Shown here: piece by piece, positions 12,202 to 22,975 of the stretch | How positions within the stretch are numbered: the stretch's first letter is position 1 | How the letters are laid out: each line of letters begins with the position of its first letter | Origin: Malacoraja senta | Lineage: Eukaryota | Assembly: GCA_038087875.1 (NCBI GenBank) | Contig: JAXLNO010002689.1 | Location: 1 to 64,000 of the forward strand | Direction of reading: 5' to 3' | DNA: 64,000 nt | The notes under the pieces: generated by a model | Databases searched by the model: none | Told to the model about the DNA's origin: nothing | The model's input: the letters and a program-made list of their open reading frames with translations, nothing else | Position numbers and translations under genes: made by a program

Positions 12202-12594
12202 AGATTCAAGTTAAGAGAGTTTATTGTCATGTGTCCCTGATAGGACAATGAAATTCTTGCTTTGCTTCAGCACAACAGAACATAGTAGGCATAAATACAG
12301 AACAGATCAGTGTGTCCATATACCATTATATAAATATATACTCACATGAATAAATAAACTGATAAAGTGCAAATAAACAGATAATGGGCTATTAATGTTC
12401 AGAGTTTTGTCCGAGCCAAGTTTAATAGCCTGATGGCTGTGGGGAAGTAGCTATTCCTGAACCTGGTCATTGCAGTCTTCAGGCTCCTGTACCTTCTACC
12501 TGAAGGTAGCAGGGAGATGAGTGTGTGGCCAGGATGGTGTGGGTCCTTGATGATACTGCCAGCCTTTTTGAGGCAACGACTGCGGTAGATCCCC
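12202..12594 (-). mobile_element. Rex1/Babar LINE 3' fragment inserted into a Penelope-type terminal repeat
   Basis: Encodes YRSRCLKKAGSIIKDPHHPGHTLISLLPSGRRYRSLKT, nearly identical to ~51815-52195. TSD ACTCA (12197-12201, 12595-12599). Confidence 0.9.
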
Positions 12595-12769
12595 ACTCAG
12601 TGGGACAGGCAGCATCTCGGGAGTTACTCCAGCTTTTTGTGTCTATTCCCAGGTTCTCCCTTGTGTTCTTACCAATATTGAGGCGAGAATGAACTTCTAA
12701 CAAACAAACTTCCCATCATTTATGCACTGCTGTTTGTGGGTCCTTTTACAATTTAGTCAAGTCTTTTCA

Positions 12770-13110
12770 TAAGTTCATAAGTGATAGGAGCAGAAATTGG
12801 TCATTTGGCCCATCAAGTCTACGCCATTCAATCATGGCTGGTATATCTTTCCCTCTTCACCCCATTCTCCTGCCTTCTTCCAATAACCCGTAACACCCGG
12901 AGTAATCAATAATCTATCTATCTCTGCCTAAAAAATATCCATTGACTTGGCCTCCACAGTCTTCTGTGGCAATGAATTCCACAGATTCATCACCATCTGA
13001 CTAAAGAAATTCCTCCTCATCTACTTCGTAAAGGAACGTTCTTGAATTCTGAGGCTGTGCCCTCTGGTCCTAGACTCTCCCACTAGTGGAAACATCCTCT
13101 CCACATCCAC
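12770..13110 (-). mobile_element. CR1 LINE 3' end
   Basis: Reverse complement of the CR1 3' region seen at 380-700. Confidence 0.85.
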
Positions 13111-13477
13111 TGCATTTCTACAGTGCAGCAACGATTCAGAAACTATTTCAATTACTGTACATCACATTGGACTTCTAAAGAGCTAACCTCGGCAACAGAA
13201 CACTGTGAACCATTGCACTAACGTCATCTTGATTTTTAATTGTGTTTTGTATGAATGTCTTGTCTCTGCACAGTCTTTTTTCATGGTCTTGTGTAATTTA
13301 TGTCTGATTGTTGACTGTCTGTGTGATTGTGATGATGCTGCAAGCAAGATTTTCATTGTATCTCTTCCTCACCACACTTGTGTATATGACAATAAACTTG
13401 ACTTGACTCTCTAATTGTTTTACAGCCAGTCCATAACAGTTGACTTAGACGGGGGGGCGGGGGGAGTTCATGAACTA

Positions 13478-13768
13478 TTTAGTATTTAGAGAAACAGCGT
13501 GGAAACAGGCCCTTCAGCCCACCAAGCCTGCACCAACCAGCAATCCCCGCGCATTAACACTATCCTACACACACTGGGGACAATTTTTTAAACATTTCTA
13601 CCAAGCCAATTAACCTACAAACCTGTACGTCTTTGGAGTGTGGGAGGAAACCGAAGATCTCGGAGAAAACCAATGCGGTCACAGGGAGAACGTACAAACT
13701 CCGTACAGACAGCACCCATAGTCAGGAGCCAACCCGTGTCTCTGGCACTATAAGACAGCAACTCTACT
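13478..13768 (-). mobile_element. HE1-type V-SINE
   Basis: Tail, V-domain (ctttggagtgtgggaggaaaccg) and partial tRNA head, matching 33970-34286. Confidence 0.85.
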
Positions 13769-14150
13769 GTTGCGGATTATAATAGACAGCTTCTTTGATG
13801 GTTGTCACCAGGCCAGCGATCGGAGCACTCCTCTCTGGCGACCCCCAGCAAGGGTTTGCCCGCTCCGCGATGGAAAAGTCCACGCTGCGCCTGCTACCGA
13901 TGTTCCGGGCCTGACTCCGGGAAAGGCCGTTCCAATCCATGGTGTTAGGCCGCGAGGGAGGCGACATGGGAAAAGTCGCCTCTCCGTGGAGGAGGCGGCC
14001 AAAAGTGGTTCCCCCTTACCCCTCCCCACCACCCCCCACATAAGACATACCGAGAGACACCCAAACTGACACTAGACACGCCAAAAAAAAAAAAAAAAAG
14101 TAGAAATAACGAACACGCTGCTGACAGGGCAGCCGTCTCGTAGCGCCCCC

Positions 14151-14826
14151 ACCGACCAAGAACGTACACGCCACTGGGGATAAATGGGACTGCTGTGGAT
14201 AGGATGAGCAGCTTTAAATACCTGGGAGTCCACATCACAGAGGATCTGACAAGGACAACACACACTGAGAAAGGCAAGGCAGCGCCTTTACCACCTCAGG
14301 CAGCTGAGGAAATTCAGTCTTTCTGAGGATCCTTCAATCCTTCCACTCTAGGGCTGTAGAAAGCATCCTGACCGGAAACATCTCGATCTGGTTTGACAAC
14401 AGCTCTGCCCAGGACAGGGAGGCTCTGCAGAGAGTGGTGCGTTCGGCCGAACACACCACGGGAACTACACTCCCCCTCCCCTGCAGGACCAATACACCAG
14501 GAAGTGCAGATCCAGAGCCAACAAGATGATGAAGGACCCCTACCACCCCAGCAACGGACTGTTCCAGCTGCTGCAGTCAGGCAAGCGCCTCCGCTGTCAC
14601 ACTGCGAAAACAGAGAGGCTGAGATGGAATTTCTTCCACACAGGCATCAGGACTGTAAACTCTGATCTGACCAGGGCGTAAATACTGTTGCGTCTTCTTT
14701 TTTTAATTGTAAATACTGGTTCTGTTCTGTTCTGTTGTTTTGCACAATCCCACAAGCATTGTCACTTTCATTTCACTGTACATCTTGTATGTGTATGTGA
14801 CAAATAAAGTTGACTTGACTTGACTT
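14151..14826 (+). mobile_element. Rex1/Babar-like LINE 3' fragment (second family)
   Basis: Remnants of INGTAVDRMSSFKYLGVHITEDL, RLYHLRQLRKF and LFQLLQSGKR; tail aataaagttgacttgacttgacttg. Confidence 0.8.
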
Positions 14827-14827
14827 G

Positions 14828-15232
14828 GAAATGTAGAATGGTTCATTGTTAGCTGAGGGGAAGGTGACAACGAGGCTCACAATCAGTAAAATTTAATCAG
14901 GAGTACAGTGAAATTGTTTGGAGAACTAGGTTTGGGAGAGACGGAGATAAAGGAAAAGCAGGGATTACATGAAGTAAGAGAAATCAAAATCATACCGCTG
15001 GGTTGTAAGCTGGCCAAGCGAAATATGAAGTGCTGTTCCTCCAGTTTGCGCTAGGCCTCACTCTGACAGTGGAGGAGGCCCAGGACAGAAAGGTCAGTGT
15101 GGGAATGGGAAGGGGAGTTAAAGTGTTTAGCAACCAGGAGATCACGTAGGTCTAGGCGGACTGAGCAGAGGTGTTCAGCGAAACGATCACCGAGCCCGCG
15201 CTAGGTCTCGCCGAAATTCACACCTGGAACAG
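14828..15232 (-). mobile_element. Penelope-like element GIY-YIG/3'UTR fragment
   Basis: Reverse-complement homolog of 8200-8470. Confidence 0.8.
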
Positions 15233-17388
15233 TGAATAATGTCACACGAGTATTTGAGACAAGGAACAAAGAAGCATTTAACAGAATGTAGTAAACGCAC
15301 AAGTGTGTACAGCAGAGAGAGAGGAAAGTGAATGATGTCGATCCATGCTGATCATCAAGCACCCGTTGACACCAATTTTACACGTAGCAAATTTTTATTC
15401 TCACCAAATTTCCATCAAATCTCCCCAGATTTTACCACTCATCTACACAAGATAGGCAATTTACAGTGGGCAATTATATGCACTCTTTGAAATACCCGAG
15501 GACATAAAATCTCCCAGAGAGAACCTACGAGAAAATCTTTGAAACTCCACACAGACAGCACCAGAGGTCAGGATCAAACCCGAGTCACCAGAGCTGTGAG
15601 GAGGCAGCTCTAGGAGCTGCTTCATTGAGGCACCACAAAATGTTGATAGGATAGTTGGAGAGAGATGGAACAAAGCTAAAAGATGATGTGTTAATTACTT
15701 GGACCAAATGTCTGTTCAGTGTGTTGCATTCGACAATGACTCGCATATTGTACTTTGGCTCCAGTACAATGAAATACCTGTGGGTGGAGCTTGCATCCAC
15801 ATTTAACATCCGTGATAATAGGTACCAGCATCTGTGACAATACCTACCAACAGTACAAAATGTACTCCATGTTGGAATAGGCAGAACCAATTTGGATTGA
15901 AATGATCTTTCAATTCCATTGTTTCTTTCATTTTGAATCAAAAAGTGGAATCCTGGCCAAGATTCCCTGTGGGGAAGGTTCAAGGGGAATTCATTACAAA
16001 TTACTGATGTATCCCATTTCATGTTCCATCTTCAGATTAGTTATTGCTAGGGCCAGCAGTTGTAAAAATGTTGGTGGGTGTGTTTCCTTTAAGCACTGCA
16101 GGTGGAGATGACATTGATCTGCTTTTGGACATGATTGTCCCAAGATCTGGAACAGCTGAGGGATAGTATTCTATGCCCAAGTGATTTAAGGGGGAACTTG
16201 GAGATGGCCTTTCCACAATCCTGTTGTCATCAATGTTCAAACTGCTGCTGGTCATAAGACGATCAGAGAAATGAATAGAGAGATTGGTTTCCAAACTCAG
16301 CCATAACAAAGGTTTTATTCATTGGCTTTGGTGCTGAGACATAAAGAAATGTACTCTCATTACCATCGGAGGTGCCAGTTATCCAGCCATTTTATCTCCA
16401 TCTCTTGATTTTCCATTTTAGTTTTCTTTGAATCATAGAGGTATATAGCATGGAAGAAGGCCTTGAGCCCAACATATGCATACCAACCATGTTACCTAAT
16501 CGGGGTAGTCGCACCACCCTGCACCTGGCTAATATTCCTCCAAACCTTTCCTATCCATGTACCTGTCCAAATATCTTTTAAATGTCATAATTAAACTTCA
16601 TTTATCATTCCTCAGCCCATAGGCCCAATTGCTCAAGATCCCACCGTAAATGTAGATAACCTTCCTCAAAGTCCACTAAACCACCAATTTTAATGCCATC
16701 CACATCTTATGAGAGGATTAGATCGTGTGGGCACACAGAGTCTCTTGCCCAGAGTAGGGGAATGGAGGACCAGACGATGTAGGCATAGAAGCCCTTGTAT
16801 CATCCACACAACTCACACAGGTTCACTCAAAACTTTCCTCTTAAGACAGCCCCATTGTCCCAGGCATGCATTTGTTGCATCTGGGTTATGCATCTCTAAA
16901 TCTTTCCACTGATGCAGAGATTAAAGCTGCACTCGGTTCACCAAATGACATGTCATCAAAAGCCTGTACAACTGGGAGAAGTCTTCCGGTCATTTGCATC
17001 TCAAACCCCATACTATTTGGCTGGCTGCCATACTGTTTGCATTGCTGGTTGTTTTCTGTAACTGCACATTAAGATGCTGCATTCTATTAACCAACACTCC
17101 CACATCCTCTAGATATTTGTTTAAGAAAGAACTGCAGATGCTGGTAAATTCAAAGGGAGATACAAAATGCTGGAGTAACTCAGCGGGTGAGGCAGCATCT
17201 ATGGAGGGTAGGAATTGGCGACGGGTCTAGACCCTTCTTCAGACTCTCACCCGCTGAGTAACTCCAGTTTTTTTTTGTCTATCCCCTAGATATTTGCTAC
17301 TTTGAATTTTTTTGATGTATTCATGGGGCAATCTTTACTGCTGGAGGAGAGTGTTGTGCAGGTTGATACAGAATCTTTTGTTAACATA

Positions 17389-19005
17389 CAGTACATTCAG
17401 AAAGTATTCAGACCCCTTCACTTTTGCACATTTTGTTACGTTACGGCCTTATTCTAAAATAGATTAAATTCATTTTTTAAATTATCAATCTACACATAAT
17501 ACCCCATAATAAAAAAGCATAAACAGGTGTTAAGAAATTTTTGCAAAGTAATTAATACTAGCTGAAATATCACATTTCCATAAATATTCAGACCCTTTAC
17601 TCAGTACTTTGTTGAGGCACCTTTGGCAGCGATTACAGCCTCAAGTCTTCTTGGGTATGACGCTACAAGCTTGGCACACCTGTATTTGGGTAATTTCTCC
17701 CATTCTTCTCTGCAGATCCTCTCAAGCGCTGTCAGGTTCGATGGGCAGCATCGATGCACAGCTATTTTCAGGTTCCTCCAGAGATGTTCAATCGGGTTCA
17801 AGTCCGTGCTCTGGCTGGGCCACTCAAGGACATTCACAGACTTGTCACGAAGCCACTCCTGCGTTGTCTTGGCTGTGGGCTTAGGATCATTGTCCTGTTG
17901 GAAGGTGAACCTCTGCCCCAGTCAGAGGTCCAGAACTCTCTGGAGCAGGTTTTCATCAAGGATCTCTCTGTACTTTGCTCCGTTTATCTTTCCCTCGATC
18001 CTGACTAGTCTCCCAGTTCCTTGCCGCTGAAAAACATCCCCACAGCATGATGCTGCCACCACCATGCTTCACCGTAGGTATGGTATTGGCCAGGTGATGA
18101 GCCGTGCCTGGTTTCCTCCAGACGTGACACTTGGCATTCAGGCCAAAGAGTTCAAGCTTGGTTTCATCAGACTAGAGAATCTTGTTTCTCATGCCTTTTG
18201 GCAAACTCCAAGCTGGCTGTCTTGTGCCTTTTAGTAAGAAGTGGCTTCCGTCTGGCCACTCTACCATAAAGGCCTGATTGGTGGAGTACTGCAAATATAG
18301 TTGTCCTTCTGGAAGGTTCTCCCATCTCCACAGAGGAACTCTGGAGCTCTGTCAGAGTGACCATCGGGTTCTCGGTCACCTCCCTGACCAAGGCCCTTCT
18401 CCCGCGATTTCTCAGTTTGGCCGGGCGGCCAGCTCTATGAAGAGTCCTGGTGGTTCCAAACTTCGACCACTTCAGAATGTCGGGAGCCACTGTGCTCTTT
18501 GGGACCTGCAATGCTGCAGAAATTGTTTTATTCCCTTCCTCATATCTGTGTCTTGACACAATCCTGTCTCGGAGGTCTACGGATAATTTCTTCATCTTCA
18601 TGGCTTGGTTTTTGCTCTGACATGTACTGTCAACTGTGGGACCTTATATAGACAGGTGTGTACCTATCCAAATCATGTCCAATCAATTTAATTTACCACT
18701 GGTGGACTCCAATCAAGTTGTAGAAACATCTCAAGGATAATCAATGGAAACAGGATGCACCTAAGCTCAATTTTGATTGTCATAGCAAAGGGTCTGAATA
18801 CTTATGTAAATGTGATATTTCAGTTATTTCTTTTTAATTACTTTGCAAAAAATTCTAAATGCCTGTTTTCGCTTCTTCATTCTGGGGTATTGTGTGTAGA
18901 TTGATGATAAAAAAAAAGAAAGAATTTAATCCATTTAAAAATAAGGCTGTAATGTAACAAAATGTGGAAAAAGTGAAGGGGTCTGAATACCTTCTGAATG
19001 CACTG
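17389..19005 (-). mobile_element. Full-length Tc1-like (DD34E-type) DNA transposon with IR/DR termini
   Basis: TA at 17387-17388 and 19006-19007. ~210-bp TIRs begin CAGT(A/G)CATTCAGAA(A/G)GTATTCAGACCCCTTCAC, with an inner direct repeat (TATTCAGACCCTTT at ~17585 and ~18790). Transposase remnant lies between them. Confidence 0.96.
17601..18601 (-). pseudogene. Disrupted Tc1 transposase
   Basis: N-terminus LSVDLRDRIVSRH...GRPAKL...GRVARRKPLL; catalytic SDET, FQQDNDPK and WPSQSTDLNPIEHLW; C-terminus VIAAKGASTKY*. Frameshifting deletion near 18190 and W>stop just before SDET. Confidence 0.93.
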
Positions 19006-20366
19006 TATGCTATGTGCAAGGCCTTGTTTTCTTCAGTTGCTTTTGCTTTCAAACTTGCACTATGGCAAGAGTTGCCTACCTACTGCCATTGTCTGATGTG
19101 GTAGGGATTTGGTTGTAGGTAGTGGTTGAACGATTCCCCATTTATCTCATGGATAAACTTCCTGCTGGAATGGGGCATATGCAATATTGCAGTGAGAGAA
19201 AACTAATAGAGGCTTCGAGCAATGACACTGTCCTGCTGGCACTGTGATTACATTATCACCTCAGTAATTTTAAGATGAGTTCAAATCCAACCACGTCAAC
19301 TGTGGAAGCTAACTGAAATTAGGGAGAGAAACACTAACTATCTTAATAATGATGAACATGGAAAACTACCTTCGTAATGCCTCCGGTCGACTGATGTCCT
19401 TCAGGAAAGGATATTTGTCACCCTGACTGAGTCTGGCCAGCATGTAACTCCAGTCACTCCATGTGGTGATTCTTCAACAAGGTTTAGTCTGTGTCTGTGA
19501 TGTTCTATCTGTACTTTACCATGCACATTATAATAAACTGGACTCGACTTGAGGATTGTCCAACCACTCCTTAAAACTAATCCCCTCTGATCTCGGCAGC
19601 ATTCTGGTAAACCTCTTCTGGACCCTTTCCAAAGCCTCCACATATTACCCGTACTGGGGCAACCAGAACTGCACACAATGCTTGAAATGTGAAGATTTAC
19701 AAAAATGCAAAAAGAGATTTTGCGATAAAGAATACAAAAAGAATGAGAGCTATTGGCTGGAGTAAAGGCCTAATTTTTAATTATTTTGACTTGTCGAGTC
19801 TGACTGTGTCATTCCTTGGTCTTCGACTTATGTTTATTGGCTTCCAGCTGCCAGCAGTCAAATCAGAAAATAGCCCTTGGCTTTCATGTCACTATCAATC
19901 CGCTCGACACACACTTGAATCCCTGTCCTGGAGTTCCATTCTCTGTACTAGAAAACATCACTGTCACTGCCCAGACTATTGAAACTGACTGCTCAGCACC
20001 CCTCTCCCCAGGAGACATGTTAATAAGTTGGTCCCACAAGCATTCAGCTGTGGAGTTATCCAGAGGATTTCACAGGCTGATTAACAGTGTGGTTAACAGT
20101 CTGATCTTGCTGTTAACCACACCATTTCTTACCAATTTAATAGTAAGATTAAACGAGAACTTACCAAGTTTGAAGTTTGATCTTTATTTTATGTGGAGTT
20201 ACGTTGGTGATTACGTGAAGAAGACCCGTCAGGGCGCATGCGCGTCAATCTTCAAAGCAGCGGTATGAAATCACAGATAACACAATATTTGAAGTAACAT
20301 ATTAAGATGAGCAACATGAGAACTACCATATGACCTTTTTTATGAGAGAGGGTTGGGCGTGGCGGG

Positions 20367-20478
20367 CACGTAATCACCAACGTAACTCCTCATAAAATAA
20401 AGATCAAACTTCAAACTTGGTAAGTTCTCGTTTAATCTTACTATTTTACTTCGGAGTCATGTTTGTGACTACGTGAAG
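20367..20478. repeat. DIRS internal complementary region (ICR)
   Basis: 20367-20445 is the reverse complement of ~20139-20217. 20443-20478 is the reverse complement (3 mismatches) of ~25372-25407. The two halves overlap at ATT (20443-20445). Confidence 0.92.
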
Positions 20479-22402
20479 GGTTCAAAGCTCTGTGATTTTA
20501 TGCCGCAGATCCAAATCCCGGCTTCTCACTGCATTGGTTGACTTTCGATGAGAAACAATCAATAATGCGTTAAACATGAAATGTGAATATCATGCAGTAA
20601 CAATTGATTTGAATAATCAAAACAACCAGTAACCCCTCTATCCCAGGGGAAACTAAACAGGACTTAATCCTGAATTTGCAAACAGCCTCTCTCCGATCGG
20701 CGATCGGCCGATGGTAAACATTTTATAAAATAATTCATTTGACCACCCGGCACCTATAAAAAATATGGCCGCTGTGAACATCCATCGCCCTAGCCGACGA
20801 CGTTGCTGCTGCACGAGTGGAAAAAGGATATATACACTTCAGTGTTAATACCTGCCTTAATCAACATTTGCTTTAAACCACCTTGAGATAGTCTGCACTA
20901 ACACTCTCCTGTGTGGCTTCATGTAACTGATAAACAATGCGGTTTCCACATTTCTTAAGGTCTTTATAGCTTCAATATAATGAAAGTAAATGTGCCATTA
21001 CACATAAACATGGACCAGTAGGTTATGCTGAAACACAATATTAACAAACCTGTGACACCTGGCCTGCTCTGCTTAAACAGGACGCAATTATATAACATAA
21101 CATTCTCTTCAGCAACTTACATCCTGTCTAACAGAAGTTTTTGCAAATCTGCACTTGCTATGCTGAACCAATGCCAAGAGCATAACCACTTTCATGATTA
21201 GTTTGGCAAATTCAGAGACATGACAGGAACCTACTGTCGAAGCATCTTGAGGACCTCACTTACATCCCAGATTGTCATATACCTGGGTTTAGGATGTTTC
21301 GAGTTGAAATTCCTTTCATCAATCCAGCTATTATATGTTGAAACTCAATAGGATCTTTCCTGACCCCATCAAAACTATACGATGACAAAGCACTTAAAGC
21401 TGTATTAATGGTGCTATAACTGAGCCCCTCATCATCGTAGAGTCCCTTTTGAGTACTCTTTCTCCAGGCTACAGTGAGCATGTCCACCGTTCACCCAGAC
21501 ATTCCTTGCTCCAGGTATGGCCTTCTTAAAACCTGCAAATTAACAAGTCAATACTATCACATAACAGATGACTTTCCCGTGTTAGCGGATGCTCCAGTCA
21601 ATTCCTACACTTGGGAACCACCAAAAAGAGGTTGGATCCCTAACTGTAACATCAAAGGGAAACCATGCTTGATTCGGCCAATTGGGTATTACAAGCACCC
21701 CCAAAGCGGCATCCTGCTTGATTTCTTGCAGACTCCGACCTATTAGGCAAAATGGTAGGAAAATATATAAAACATACCACCTCAATGTAACGTCAAAGTA
21801 TCAATTGCAACTGCCACCTGGTCTGGTTCCCGTGAAACCTATTTAGGCTGCTGATGGTTGAACCTTGATGCAAAACAAATCGATATCTGGCATTCATATA
21901 TAAGTACTATATTATTGAACACCTCCTGGTTCAACATCCAATCTATGTTGTCATGGAACTTTCGTGACTTGGCGTCTGCTACTATGTAGAATCTACCTGG
22001 TAGATAAATAGCTGAAATATCTTTTTCAATGCACCAGGCCCAAATGTGATTAGCCAATCTGTCACAAAATACCGACTTGATTCCACCGATGTGATTAATA
22101 TATATGCCACTTGCGTAGTATTGTCAATCTGAAACTGAACATGCAGATCACATTTGTTAGAGCTATAAGCCTCTTTATAGTTAATTGCCCATGTCTGCAG
22201 AAGCGATGCCTCTTGCTCAGTCCATCTGCCTCCACAGCTGAAACTCGTATCCATGACACCCCACCCGAGTGCACTGACATTCATCTGCAAAATCATGGAA
22301 GGCTGGTCAAGCATTACCTTGCTATAACTTCTGGACACATGGTGAATCCACCATTGCAAATCAGAAATAGCCTTTACTGATAACTGCATAGGTCTATTAT
22401 AA

Positions 22403-22975
22403 AAGGCCTGTCTCACGAGTCTGCGGTCATTGGCAGCGAAACAGGAAGAATCTACCGCTCCTGGGCCGCCATAGACCGCGCACTCAGTCAAACGCCCACC
22501 GCTGGGGCCGTGCGGCGTTGTTCCCAACACCGCACGGTGCTAAAATAAAACCAACACTGTTCAAAAATATGTTCCTACCGCACAGCCGCCACCAGTGAGG
22601 CACGAGTGCGGCACGGTCACCGCCACAGCCGCCGCCAGTGCGGCACTGTGGCGGTGCGTCGAACTTGCACCGCCACAGCCTCCGCCAGTGAGGCACCACA
22701 GCCGCCGCTAGTGAGGCGCGTGTGCGGCACGGGCACCGCTACAGCCGCCGCCAGAGCCACCAGTGAGGTACGACCGCCGCCAGTGAGGTACGTGTGCGCC
22801 ACAGCCACCGCCACAGCCCCGCGATCTGAAAGCCGAAACAGCAAGCTCGTGGAACCGGCCGTACTTGGCCCCCCATGCAGCATCCGTGCGGCGCTCTCGT
22901 GGTTGCCGTGCGGTCCCCTCTTCCGGCGACGCCGCGCTTCACCGCCAACGACCGCAAACCCGTGGGACAGAGCCT
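22403..22975. mobile_element. PIF/Harbinger-like MITE with GC-rich internal tandem repeats, inserted in the DIRS pol region
   Basis: TIRs AAGGCCTGTCTCAC / GTGGGACAGAGCCT; TSD TAA (22400-22402, 22976-22978). Excision restores the DIRS frame ALRIHSGHYNRPMQ. Internal repeats of ccgccacagccgccgccagtgaggcac. Confidence 0.8.
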
